Of a stretch of DNA of 64,000 nucleotides, positions 1 to 10,700 are shown one piece after another; positions within the stretch are counted from its first letter, which is position 1; every line of letters begins with the position of its first letter. Both the position numbers and the translations under genes were made by a program. The DNA is from an uncultured virus (IMG/VR IMGVR_UViG_3300007345_000003) (Duplodnaviria > Heunggongvirae > Uroviricota > Caudoviricetes > Crassvirales). The notes under the pieces are model-generated. The model was given only the letters and a program-made list of their open reading frames with translations, was not told the DNA's origin and made no database searches. The stretch lies in the IMG/VR virus record IMGVR_UViG_3300007345_000003. One strand, 5' to 3'.

Positions 1-2241
1 ATACTCACTACGCAAATCAAGATCATTCTTCTTACCGTATCGGATACGTCTAATGGACTTATCCATCTCTTCCTGCAGTGCCTGCCGTATCTCAGCGGAT
101 ACCTGTGGATTCATTTGAGGCTGGCGGTATTGGGTTTGCACCTTACCGTCTTTCTCAGATACAGCCACCTCCTGAAACATTTCTTCCCTCACCAGGTTGC
201 GGAGCTTTTCCCCGTCAAACTTTGGGTCAAGTGTCTCGAACGTTTTGATGATGTCCTCTACCCTTTGGTCAGTATCAAACAATGAGCTCTCGTAGAACAG
301 CAAAGCATCCTTCAATGCTTCGTTCTCTGCTATCTGATTGCGGACATTGTCTTGCCCATTCTGGGACATGAACCTACCAGCAAGACCTGTTGGGAGAGTT
401 GGGCCTGGGAATGCATCAGAGATCTTTGCGTAGTTGTCTACTACGTTGTCTGAGCTTTCCAAGATCTGATTGATCATTTCATGCTTCTCAGCTTCTGTGA
501 CTTCTTCACCCACAATTTTGCTGACCTCATCAGCAGGCATTGCCTTGAGCTCCTCCAGTCTTTCTTTGTACTGATCGTATGTACCGAGCTTTGCGTGCAG
601 CAGTGCACTCTCGTTCATCAAGCGAGATCTGTAGTCGTCGTAAGACTTCTTATCACCTCTAGCTTGAGCGGCATCCATACGTGCTAGGTAGTATTGTCCC
701 ATGGCTGAGCTCTTGGCTCTAGCTCTCAGGTTGAAGAATGTCTCAGGGTCCATGTTGAGATCATTCAAAGCTTCTTCTGTAGCCTTGCTCTTTCTCTTAC
801 CTGCTTGTATAGAACCTCTACCACCACTGATAATCCCTACCAGTGCACCGATAAGCATCTGCTCTCTACCCTCAGGTGTGTTGAGTGTTTCAAGTGCTGT
901 GCTCCCTATGTGCTCGTAGTCTCTAATCGCTTTTGCAAACAAGCCCCCTCTCAACAAACCCTCAGCTACTTCAGCCCCACCATACTCAGAGTACATGGCT
1001 TTAGCTCTTTCGTTCAAGCCCTCTGAGATTGCGTACTGTGACCCTTCTTGAAATGCTTCAGTAGCACCCTTCTCTATGAATGGGTAAGCAACTCTACTTG
1101 CCCTGATTCCTTTTTGTGCATATCCAGGCAGGTTATCAATGGCTTCAGTGTACTGTCTCCACCCTGCTCTTTCACCAGGCTTGGATGCGATCTTGTGTGT
1201 AAGACCTTTGCGCATACTCTTTGGAGTAAACGGCATAAGCCCTTTACCGAACATCACCAAGTTTGTAGGCATGAGTATGCCCATGTTACCGTAGAATGCA
1301 ATGGCTTCTTTCTGAGCTGCGATCTCTTCAATCTTACGTCTCTCAGATACAGGTATATCATCTACACTGTCAAGCCCCATTTCTGTCATCACCTGCTGGT
1401 TCAGAGACTCAACGACTCTGTTCTTAACTTCTCTTGCTTCGACAGACGATTCTGCCATCGACATCATAGCACCAGTCTCCAAGTATCCCAGAGCGTTTGA
1501 TGCTCTGTTGGTTTGACCCATTGCTTTAATGTTAGCAGCTCTTCTGATTATATCACCTGACTTCTTGGCCCCGTTCAGAGCTCTTGCTGCATGCAGGGAT
1601 GCAAGACCTTTACTTACACCTGTCCCAATCTTAGCTGCTTTACCAAGTCCTGTCACCAATCCAGTTGTACCACCAGTCAGCATCATGGTAGCTACACTAC
1701 CTAAGCTGTATGCCATACCGTTGGCAAACTTGTCTGCCCAGAAGTTTATACTACCCAACGACCCAAGCGTTCCTTGCTTGTCCATCTCCTCCTGTGTGTA
1801 GAAGTTAGGCATCTCCTCTTGCAACATCTTGTTGCGTTCGTCGAAGTACACCCCTACAGGGTTGTTTGTCATAGACTCTTGAAAGTCTTCAAACCCACTC
1901 ATCACCCAGTCAGTCAAACCAAGTGCATAACCTACAGTGTTCTCTGCAGCACTACCTACAAACGTGTTGGCAGCTTTGTACAAACCGTTGCCTACTTTCT
2001 CCCAGTTGCTTTGGTTGCGGGCTCTCTCTTCTTCTAGGTTAGCGAAGGGTGAGTAGTTGACTCCATACTTAGAGAAGTCAGAGAAGTCACCAGTTCGTGC
2101 ATAGCTAGTAGACAAAGGTCCCTGGGCTGTGCTAAACCTGGGACCAAAGTTTTGTTTTGTAAATGGATTTACAGGACCATCCTTCTTAGCATTTCTGCCC
2201 TGCAACGGTAACCCCGTCAGGGGATTGATAACTTCTGACAT
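1..2241 (-). CDS. Large virion cargo/ejection protein, N-terminal 747 codons (runs off the window; in Crassvirales this block includes the virion RNA polymerase-associated proteins)
   Basis: Absent from the ORF track, consistent with no in-frame stop inside the window. Manual minus-strand reading from ATG 2241 gives MSEVINPLTGLPLQGRNAKK...FANLEEERARNQSNWEKVGNGLYKAANTFVGS...NFWADKFANGMAYSLGSVATMMLTGG, with Gly/Ala-rich hydrophobic segments typical of crAss-like cargo proteins. A TATATTTG promoter lies 4 nt upstream. Confidence 0.8.
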   Translation of the reverse strand, partial: MSEVINPLTGLPLQGRNAKKDGPVNPFTKQNFGPRFSTAQGPLSTSYARTGDFSDFSKYGVNYSPFANLEEERARNQSNWEKVGNGLYKAANTFVGSAAENTVGYALGLTDWVMSGFEDFQESMTNNPVGVYFDERNKMLQEEMPNFYTQEEMDKQGTLGSLGSINFWADKFANGMAYSLGSVATMMLTGGTTGLVTGLGKAAKIGTGVSKGLASLHAARALNGAKKSGDIIRRAANIKAMGQTNRASNALGYLETGAMMSMAESSVEAREVKNRVVESLNQQVMTEMGLDSVDDIPVSERRKIEEIAAQKEAIAFYGNMGILMPTNLVMFGKGLMPFTPKSMRKGLTHKIASKPGERAGWRQYTEAIDNLPGYAQKGIRASRVAYPFIEKGATEAFQEGSQYAISEGLNERAKAMYSEYGGAEVAEGLLRGGLFAKAIRDYEHIGSTALETLNTPEGREQMLIGALVGIISGGRGSIQAGKRKSKATEEALNDLNMDPETFFNLRARAKSSAMGQYYLARMDAAQARGDKKSYDDYRSRLMNESALLHAKLGTYDQYKERLEELKAMPADEVSKIVGEEVTEAEKHEMINQILESSDNVVDNYAKISDAFPGPTLPTGLAGRFMSQNGQDNVRNQIAENEALKDALLFYESSLFDTDQRVEDIIKTFETLDPKFDGEKLRNLVREEMFQEVAVSEKDGKVQTQYRQPQMNPQVSAEIRQALQEEMDKSIRRIRYGKKNDLDLRSEY

Positions 2242-2245
2242 TATG

Positions 2246-2253
2246 CAAATATA
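2246..2253 (-). promoter_or_regulatory. Bacteroidota sigma70-type -7 element (TATATTTG), 4 nt upstream of ATG
   Basis: Minus strand reads TATATTTG-CATA-ATG, matching the TAnnTTTG consensus, in a 12-nt intergenic gap. Confidence 0.7.
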
Positions 2254-5061
2254 TTAAGAATGAATGAGTTGCATGTAAACAAATGCGGCTGCTTCAAGCA
2301 CGTCTTGGAACCCGTTTGCTTGAGCCCAGTCCTGATCGATCCTGATGTCGCTGCTGTCAGTACCACCTCCGTTTGATTTGGACATGTGCATTTCTACTAC
2401 AGGGTATCTACCAGTAAGGTCCCCCTTCTCATTACGTTCTACTGGTATGCTCACTTGTATACGTCCTGTATTTCTATTTCCTGGCAGCATTACATCTACT
2501 TCAGGCACACCACCGGATGTTGCCAATGCATTCAAGACCTGAACTTGGAACTGGTGTGCTGGGGTGTAACCAAGTATGGCTTGTCCAAATGATCCAGTTG
2601 TGCCCAATCCAGGTTCTGCATTCAGGTATCCACGAACTGCTTGATCTGCATCCATTCTTATTACTCTGCTAACTTTATTGTTCCCCGATCCTGCAGATAC
2701 ATGCAGGTTTACCGTAGGTATGGTCTCACCATTGACTGACCAGAAACCGTACATGACGTTGTCAATTTTCCAATCAGACAGAGGGTTATCTGCAAACTGC
2801 TCATCTTGGTTGCCTTTAGAGTCTGTGATGATTGCAGTTCTCCATGCTGCTGTTTCTGCACCAATCTGTTGAGCTGTTGGGTCTGTAAGATCAACTGCCC
2901 CAGCAAACGAAGACAAGTCTGTTTGCGTTGCAGCTTTACGCAGTGCATCTGATTCTTCACCATCTGCATCCCCAAGCGCAACAGGGTACTCAGGCCAGTT
3001 AAATGTAGTTCTGCTAGCATCATTGATGAATGCATCTGCAGCTTCTGATCTCTTACTTGCTTCTGCATCCAAGTTGGTCAGGAAGTTCTCATATGCCATA
3101 TCCATTCCTACACCACCTTTAGGTAGAGTAGCAATTGTGTGGTCGTTCTCTGGTCCACCGACTGTAGGATTCTTTCCGTCTGGTCTTCTATTGGTGTCAC
3201 TGTCAGCTTGTTTAGCATCGTACATTCCTTGTACGTAGCTAAGTGCTGTATTAAACACCTCTCTTGCTTCTGCGGGATCAAGTCCGAGACCTGCTGTACC
3301 CTCCCCGATATCTGTGTTAGTTAAGAGTGGGGTAAGCATATCGAAGATGTTTTGATTGTTTGGTGACATAGCACTAGGTCTACCATTCCAGAAGCCTCCG
3401 TCTGTAAACAAGTCCCTTATCATCTCAAATGCAAGAGCTTCACCAGCAACCACGTTGTCTGGTCTTGTATCACCCTGTGGTCTTATGACGTAATTGATTG
3501 CATCCTGTGTGATGTCACCTGAAGCAGCAATAGCCGCACTGTGAATAGCTTGAGGAGTATTACCAACTTCAGTGTTTGCATAGTCAATCATAGCATCAAC
3601 TTGGTTAGACCTGTCGGCATGGTTCATCAAAGCACCCTGCAACTGCAAGAGGTCCTTCAATACTACTTGCTGATCTCTTTGGCCGCCGGCTGACATATCG
3701 CTAGCAAGCTCTACAACCTCGTCATAGCTCAAGTCTTCTATGTACGACTCTACCTCTTCAAGGTTACCAGGGTCAACGTTGTTGGCCTCAAGCGCCATTG
3801 AAAGCTCTGGGTAAGCTTGTGTAGCAGCATTGAGTCTATCGATAGCTTTGTTGTGCAATGTCTCCTCCCCTTGTCTAAGAAGGTCTGCAGTAACGTTAAC
3901 ATTGTTAGGATCAACTCCCTGCTGCTGAGCGATGGCTGCAACAACATCTTGTGTTGTACCACTAAACACAGGTCGGTTAACCACATCCTGAGTCTGTGCT
4001 TGATTTTCAAGCTGCTTGAGCCACAATGGGTTGATCTGGAAGGTGTTCCCTCCACCGTACACACTCTGACCTGTGAAGCGTTCTGCATCTGACTGGTAGT
4101 TGTCTACGACACGCTGCTTGTAGATGTTAGCTACAGCCTCACGCATCTGACCCAATCTACCTGATTCTTGCGCAGTCTTCAGGTCTGCAATCTGTGCTTG
4201 TATGTTGTCTCTCTTGGTACCTGTTGCACCAGCCATCTCGAGTTCGAGTTCCTGCACTCTACCTTCTATCTGTGTCTGCAGGCTACCAGGCTCCATGTCC
4301 CACGTGTTTATCTCAGACTTGAAGTTCAAGTAGGCTTGTACCTCAGGTGATCCCAATGCAGCTTGCACTGCTTGTGATACAGCCTCGCTGTCCTTACCAC
4401 TGATGGTCTGGCCTTGTGTGGTTCTGATGACAGGTATCTTCATTGTATTACCCTGCTCATCTGTATATGTCTGGAAGTCAAAGCTAGCTGCAGTATACCC
4501 ACCCTCTTTCATGATAGGTAGAGCATTGACCTGCTTGAGTATCTCTGCATTGATGTCTACCGCTTCAGGGACAGGTTCAGCTTGGTAGTATGAGCTTTGT
4601 ACAACATACCCGTTCTCATCATACTCTATGCCCTGGTATGGTTGATATTCACCATTCTCGTCCCTGCGAGTGAGACTCCACCCCAACCACTTTTCATAGT
4701 CGTCAGGGTTTAGTTTTTGCTGTGCAGCAGTCTTAGCTTTCTCTCTTTCCTCGTAGTTTTTTTTCAAAGGGTTGTAGCCCTGCAAAAACTCTCCTGCATC
4801 ACGTGCAATGTTTGTACCGTACATCTCGTACCTACCACTCTCTGCGTACTTCTTAGATCTAGCATCTATTGTAGCTCTCAGCTGTGCTGCTTTTTCTACA
4901 TCACCTGCAAAGTCTGCAGACACCAGCATGTCTGACAATGCATTCTGTGTCAGTGTATCTGCAGCAAAAGCATCTACATATCTTTTACGAAGTATCTCGT
5001 TAATCTTTACAGACTGCGGATCTCTGTATACACTTCTATATGGTTTGAACTTGTACGCCAT
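2254..5061 (-). CDS. Putative virion cargo/ejection protein (935 aa)
   Basis: Long helical-looking ORF between the EVEGGE-containing cargo protein and the giant gene, syntenic with the crAss-like cargo block; start overlaps the upstream stop (TAATG). Confidence 0.65.
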   Translation of the reverse strand: MAYKFKPYRSVYRDPQSVKINEILRKRYVDAFAADTLTQNALSDMLVSADFAGDVEKAAQLRATIDARSKKYAESGRYEMYGTNIARDAGEFLQGYNPLKKNYEEREKAKTAAQQKLNPDDYEKWLGWSLTRRDENGEYQPYQGIEYDENGYVVQSSYYQAEPVPEAVDINAEILKQVNALPIMKEGGYTAASFDFQTYTDEQGNTMKIPVIRTTQGQTISGKDSEAVSQAVQAALGSPEVQAYLNFKSEINTWDMEPGSLQTQIEGRVQELELEMAGATGTKRDNIQAQIADLKTAQESGRLGQMREAVANIYKQRVVDNYQSDAERFTGQSVYGGGNTFQINPLWLKQLENQAQTQDVVNRPVFSGTTQDVVAAIAQQQGVDPNNVNVTADLLRQGEETLHNKAIDRLNAATQAYPELSMALEANNVDPGNLEEVESYIEDLSYDEVVELASDMSAGGQRDQQVVLKDLLQLQGALMNHADRSNQVDAMIDYANTEVGNTPQAIHSAAIAASGDITQDAINYVIRPQGDTRPDNVVAGEALAFEMIRDLFTDGGFWNGRPSAMSPNNQNIFDMLTPLLTNTDIGEGTAGLGLDPAEAREVFNTALSYVQGMYDAKQADSDTNRRPDGKNPTVGGPENDHTIATLPKGGVGMDMAYENFLTNLDAEASKRSEAADAFINDASRTTFNWPEYPVALGDADGEESDALRKAATQTDLSSFAGAVDLTDPTAQQIGAETAAWRTAIITDSKGNQDEQFADNPLSDWKIDNVMYGFWSVNGETIPTVNLHVSAGSGNNKVSRVIRMDADQAVRGYLNAEPGLGTTGSFGQAILGYTPAHQFQVQVLNALATSGGVPEVDVMLPGNRNTGRIQVSIPVERNEKGDLTGRYPVVEMHMSKSNGGGTDSSDIRIDQDWAQANGFQDVLEAAAFVYMQLIHS

Positions 5062-7733
5062 TATCTTCTTCTTTTACGTCTCACTGCTTTCGCTCTGCGA
5101 ATATAACCACCTGTGTTACCACTTGGTCTTTTTACTCTTCTTCTCACGCGTCCTCCCAGTTGTTTTTCTTCGCTCTCCTCTAGCTTCTCTTCTTGTTGTG
5201 CTACAGCTTCCTTAGACTCTTTTTCTGCAATGTCTTGGTTGTTCTGCTCCTTCTTCTCTTGCTTCTTACGGGCGAAGTATGCATTTATCTGCTCCTCTGT
5301 GTAGCCCATGTCTCTGAGCCGCTGTGCTTCGTATATGCCATCAGCCCCAATCTCTCTTGAAAGTCTCTCCTGAGCTCTGTATTCCAAGCTGTCTCCTGCC
5401 ATACCAGCAAGTCTGTCAGCCATAGCATCAAGTGCACCAAGCTTCTCTTCACGTCTGTCTCTGATCTGCTCACGTGCAAGAGATGCAGCGAACTGACCAG
5501 CCTCCAATCCAAGTTCAGCATTGGCTTTGTTTGCCTCAAGCTTCATGCGCTTTTCTTCTGCAGACAGCTCTTTGTTTGCTTTGTTTTCTGCATTTGCAAT
5601 CTCTCTATCTGCTGCTTGCTTTCTCTCCAACCCTGCAATCATGTTAACCATGCTAGCTGGACCCCCACCGCTGCCTTCAATTGCAGCCATGGTAGAACGG
5701 AAGTCATTTGCATTTGCAGAACGCTCAGCATTCAAGTTAACTCTAGGCATGTTAGGTGCCTGCACTGATGCAGCACCTGGGCCTGTTATGTATGCAGGCT
5801 GTGACTTAAATGCATAGATGGGTGGTATAAGCTGAGCTCCCATACCAAGCATTGCCAGTGTTGGGATCTCTCTAGTCTTAACGTCTTCGATGTCTCCTGG
5901 ATCGTCTGGTGTTTTCTCACAGCACTCTTGCTTCTTTGTACCATCTTCACACTCACATCCTGGAGTAGTAATAATCTCCTGCTCTACCTCTGGCATCTCC
6001 CTGCGTACTTCCCTAGGTTGTTCGGGCTTTTGCGGTATTGTAGCACTCTGAGTTTGATCACCCCACTTACCGTCTACCTTAATCTTTTGGTTGTCTGGTA
6101 CACGAGAGTTGTACTCCTCTTGGTACTTTTTTACATCCTGTGTGTCATCTACGTTAAACCCGTCCTCACCGAAGTCGATGTCTTTCACCCAGTGGCTCTC
6201 ATTCTGCAGTCTACCGTCTACGTCTTTGAGTGTAACGTTAGAGTAAAGGTTATCCCCAGTCTTGAATTGTAGCAGGCCTTCTGACCAGCGAGTCACCTCT
6301 TCTCTTCTTTTAGCTGTACCAGACTCGTTGTCTGTTTCTTTAGTTACTTCACCATCTTTGATGTAGAACTTTTCTCCCTCCTTAGCATCTTTGGGGTAGA
6401 GTGGGTGGTCAGACCCGATCTCTATTTCGCCCTCACGTATACCTGTTTTAGGCTTTTCTTTTTCTGGTGGGAGTGCATCTCCTTCTTGATACTTGCGTAC
6501 ACCTCCCTCTGCGTACACAGAAGACTCTCCACCAAACTGCATCACCTTAGGGGTTCTACCAGCTTTCTTCTCTTGCATCTGAGCAAGTTTCTGTATGTCT
6601 TTCTGGCTAGCACCACCATTCAAGAGTTCTTTATGCCTCTGTGCAAACGTCTTACCACCCAGTTTCAGGTAGTCAGAGAAGATGTAGTCTGTCTTTTTAC
6701 CGTCTTTTTTCATGTGTACTTTGTCCATTGTTTCCCCACCCTCGACTTCTGTCTGAGGATCGAGCATGATGCCGCCCTGTGAATGTTTCTTGCCTATGAA
6801 CTCTACAGCTCCGCCCGGCAATGGCTCTGTCTTTCCTCCCTCTAGTTTGGTTCCACCGTATATGTATGACCTGCTGTACTCACCCCCATCACGCATGCCT
6901 CGCTGTGCCAGGTATGAGTTTGTGATAGAGCCGACGTCAGCAAATCCTGTCTCACCTGATGTCTCGAACTGCTTTGCTTCTGCAGCCTGTTGTGCAAGCT
7001 GAGCTTGTTGTGCAGTACGCATTTGCTTTACAGCTTCCTTACGGTCTTTCTCTTGTTGCTTCTTCGCTTTCTTAGCTCCGAAGATACCACCAGCTACACC
7101 TGCCAAAGCTTGCAGTCCTTTACCAAACACAGGTACCTTGGCCAATGCTTGACCCACTTGGCTATCTGCTGCAGACTTAAACCCTGCACCAAACCCTGCA
7201 CGCTTTGCAGCCTTACGCTCCATTACATTGTTGCGGTATGGATCGGCTACTGCAGCCTTACCAGCCTTCTTTTCTGCATGCTTAGCAGCAAGCTGGGATA
7301 ATGCATTGACTGCAGTACCCATGCTGACAGCTCCCTTCAGTCCTTCTTTGAGTCCCTTTGCCCCGTCTTCAAATATGCCTTTAACTCCCCCAGCATCTGC
7401 AAGCTCATTCTGCTTCTTCATTTTGAAGTTTTGGATGGCTCCTTTGAGTCCACCCATGTTCGTCAAACCTGAAGCTGCATCGGATACAATTGGGGTGCTT
7501 CCATCTGAGAAGTCTAGTCCCCCACCCAAGAAGTCAAGTGCTCCACCCTCTTGCTTCTTTCGCACGTTCTCTGCAAAGATTGCTCTCTTTACTAGAGTTG
7601 GGTCGTTTGACTTTTTGGCACGGGCAATGCACTCAGCAGTTACCTTTCCTTTGCAGTATTCAGTGAACTTGCCGACAGTGCCCTTCCGCTTCATTCGCCT
7701 ATTGGCTTTCTGTATCCATTTGTTATCACTCAT
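5061..7733 (-). CDS. Virion cargo protein (890 aa) with basic N-terminal module, repeated GG motifs and a peptidoglycan-binding-like motif
   Basis: GKKHSQGGI...EVEGGET...YIFSD segment recognised from crAss-like cargo proteins; VKKYQ...KVDGKWGDQT motif; hydrophobic Gly/Ala segments; Arg-rich C-terminus; follows the muzzle gene. Confidence 0.7.
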   Translation of the reverse strand: MSDNKWIQKANRRMKRKGTVGKFTEYCKGKVTAECIARAKKSNDPTLVKRAIFAENVRKKQEGGALDFLGGGLDFSDGSTPIVSDAASGLTNMGGLKGAIQNFKMKKQNELADAGGVKGIFEDGAKGLKEGLKGAVSMGTAVNALSQLAAKHAEKKAGKAAVADPYRNNVMERKAAKRAGFGAGFKSAADSQVGQALAKVPVFGKGLQALAGVAGGIFGAKKAKKQQEKDRKEAVKQMRTAQQAQLAQQAAEAKQFETSGETGFADVGSITNSYLAQRGMRDGGEYSRSYIYGGTKLEGGKTEPLPGGAVEFIGKKHSQGGIMLDPQTEVEGGETMDKVHMKKDGKKTDYIFSDYLKLGGKTFAQRHKELLNGGASQKDIQKLAQMQEKKAGRTPKVMQFGGESSVYAEGGVRKYQEGDALPPEKEKPKTGIREGEIEIGSDHPLYPKDAKEGEKFYIKDGEVTKETDNESGTAKRREEVTRWSEGLLQFKTGDNLYSNVTLKDVDGRLQNESHWVKDIDFGEDGFNVDDTQDVKKYQEEYNSRVPDNQKIKVDGKWGDQTQSATIPQKPEQPREVRREMPEVEQEIITTPGCECEDGTKKQECCEKTPDDPGDIEDVKTREIPTLAMLGMGAQLIPPIYAFKSQPAYITGPGAASVQAPNMPRVNLNAERSANANDFRSTMAAIEGSGGGPASMVNMIAGLERKQAADREIANAENKANKELSAEEKRMKLEANKANAELGLEAGQFAASLAREQIRDRREEKLGALDAMADRLAGMAGDSLEYRAQERLSREIGADGIYEAQRLRDMGYTEEQINAYFARKKQEKKEQNNQDIAEKESKEAVAQQEEKLEESEEKQLGGRVRRRVKRPSGNTGGYIRRAKAVRRKRRR

Positions 7734-10700
7734 TATCTGTACGAATTACGGAACTTGGTACCGGCAGAATACAAATATATCAAATTTTTGCTCTCGTTAT
7801 TGCTGATAAGGCGTACTCCTAAGTAGTGTCCAATGAACTTCTTCTGTTCGTACCACTGCTTTTCCGTGTTTATGTATTCTGGGTTAGGTACCCCTTCATA
7901 GGTAAACATAGGAGTGTCCTCCCTAGTTGACTCAACTTTGGTTGTGAGTTTACCTACTACGTTAGGTTCACCTGTATTAATATAGCTATTGGTATTTACT
8001 ACGACAGCGGCCAAATCTCTGAATGAGTTGATGTACCATATCCCATCCACAAGCCTACAGTTGTTGAGGTAGTTGATTTCTGTAAACTCTCCGGATATCT
8101 GCGTAGTGTTGTAGACATAGAATCTGTCAAAGATTGGGAATGTCTGCCTCTTGAACTCTGTTGTATAGTCCTCACTTCTACTCTTTGCATCAGCCCAGTA
8201 GTACACGTTGCTGTACAGTTTAGCCATTGCTGGGTTAGCATTGTCAATGAACTCTAGCTCAAAGTTGTACAGTGTATTGTAGAAGTTACCTGGGTTGTCT
8301 TCATCGTTGTGCATGTACACACTACCCTTGTACATTGTGTAGTATGTCTGCTCACCCGTAATGAAGATGTCTGGTACGTAGCTGTGTCTGCTGATCCATA
8401 TCTGCAGGTCAGGTAAGTATGACAATGTCCACCCACTTTGTGTAAAGTACGTAGGGTTACTCAAGCCTATAGGTCCTGATTTCACATTACCCTTGTTGGC
8501 TGGGTGGTTTATGTCAGAAGCAATCTCCCTTGCTGTGTCAGAAGGACCAAGCTTGTCTATAGCTGTGTTCTCTCTGAATGCCTCGAGATTACGTCTATGT
8601 GTGTATTCTCTCTCGCTCTTGCTGAGCTTAACACCAGTTTTAGAATTGTTCTGCTGTACAGCAAAGAACATGTTGTTCTGTATCTCTATGGTACCGTCTT
8701 GCAGCCCATCTATTAGAGTCTGTGTTGGTAGAGGTTCTCGCTTTGTAAGAATGATCCTTTTGAACTTGGGGTCATATCCTACGATAAAGCCCATGGGTAC
8801 ATTCGTATTTGTAGGAGCGTCTGGGTAATACGGGAACTCATGAGCATCCACGTTTATACCGTACCGTTCTATCTCAAACGGTATGTTCTCTCTGAACCAA
8901 TGGTTCATGTTCCCCATCACTTCTGTGATGCCTTGGGTAAGCATGTGTACTTTTCTGCTTCTACGTGATACATAGAAGTGTCCTACTTCAGTTGTGTATG
9001 ACGAAAGTCCTGACATAGTACCACCATACCCTATCTCAGATTCCTGTAGCTCGGTTGGTGGTATTGCGAATATGTCACCGCTACCAATGAATGCCTTGAC
9101 ACTACCCAGCTCCAGCTGTTCATTACCCTTAGTTTGGAAGAGAGCTTTCTCTGTATGTACATACAACGTGTCGTTCATGGTGAACATGTCTGTGATGTCA
9201 CCACGCTTCTTAGGTATGTCAGCGTAATCGTTTGCCAAAAACTCCCTGTACCTGTCAGACAGTGCTCCTGTTGCAGATTTAGATCTGATGATTCTATTTC
9301 TGAACTGATCGTTCTCTTCTGTCCCCGCTCTCACTTTAGGGAATGGAACTGCTACCCTCTTATCCTGCACAAAGCTGAAGTGGTCCTCATACAACAACTG
9401 GTCTTGCTTTGTGAAGTCTTGTGTTGGGGGTGAGAACAATACCTCTGCTGCTGTATTGAAGTCAAAGAACTTCGTCGCCTGCCCCTTCTCACTGTCCTTC
9501 TGGTGCCTGAGTCCTATGTTGTCATCAGACTCTACCATGAACGTAAACAATGACGTGACTGGGTTAGAGTTGCCTTGCTGCCAGTTGTTAGCGTTTAGCA
9601 GTGTTTCAGATATGAACGACTCTATTTTGCCGACCTCTGTGCTGTTAGGGAACTCTGGGTATGTTGTATCTGTGATAGTAGTAATGAAATTTCCCTGCCA
9701 CACACTCATACCACCTGCAGTTCCCCAGTTGGTCAAGAAGTCATTAAGACTCAAGAAGTCTGGTACGTCTTTCTGTCTAGTGTTTTGTATGTATCCCAGG
9801 TTAACACCATTAGTTCCTGGGTTACCAATAACTTTGAGAGCATCAGTCGAATTAAGGCCAGAAGCGCCTGAAGGTCCTGCGTCACCCAAAGCACTAGACG
9901 CTCTGAACCAAGAATGGCCATAGCTATGAGATGTAGTGCGGAATGCGTACTTAGAAATGTAAGTATCCCCACCATATACTTCTGTTGATTCTGCTCCACT
10001 GAAGTATTTTTTCACTGGAGACAAGACCGTGCTACCACCTGCTGAAGTGAAGTCAAGATCATTTATGGCTGCGGTTGTACCAGTCTTCAATGCTGCATAA
10101 CATGCCCCTTCTGCTAAATTATACTTGTCTTCCCACTCTTTGAACTCTTCATCGATTGAGTAGTAGTAACCAGTCCATACCAGTTCTTGCTTGTCGAATG
10201 GTGTATATACATCAGTTTTCAGCGAGCACACATTGATCAGCCAAGCCATAGGATAGCCCCACTCGTAGTCTGCACCAGCTAGAGTGTAGTTCAATCCTTT
10301 GAAGTTAGAATTTTCTGTGGTTACACTCGAGCCATATAAGTACACGGCATGGTCAGGGATTGGTCGTACAGGTTTGGGATCTTTACTTGCTTGGAACCAA
10401 GCGTCAGGGAACAAGAACTTGTCGTCGTCTCCCCAAGCTGCTATGTTAAATGGTCCGTATTCACCTCCTCCGTCGTCAGATCCATCTCCCAGATACCAAG
10501 GGAATCCAGGTATTGCATTACCCTTAAATGGTACGAGTCCTTTCAAGTGAGGCAATCCACTAACTAGCGCCATAACAATTGAACTCTCCCCACCCCTGTT
10601 GAAGATGTACTGAGCTCCTTTGAATGAACTAGACTCTGCTGTCTTCAAGTTACGTTGCCCTGGCAGGTATGTTTTGCTACCAGGGTCAAGCATGAATGTA

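Noticed and set aside
1..5061. Calling these ORFs the virion RNA polymerase
   Set aside because: No catalytic DxDxD motif was recognised and the large gene is truncated, so any polymerase domain would lie outside the window
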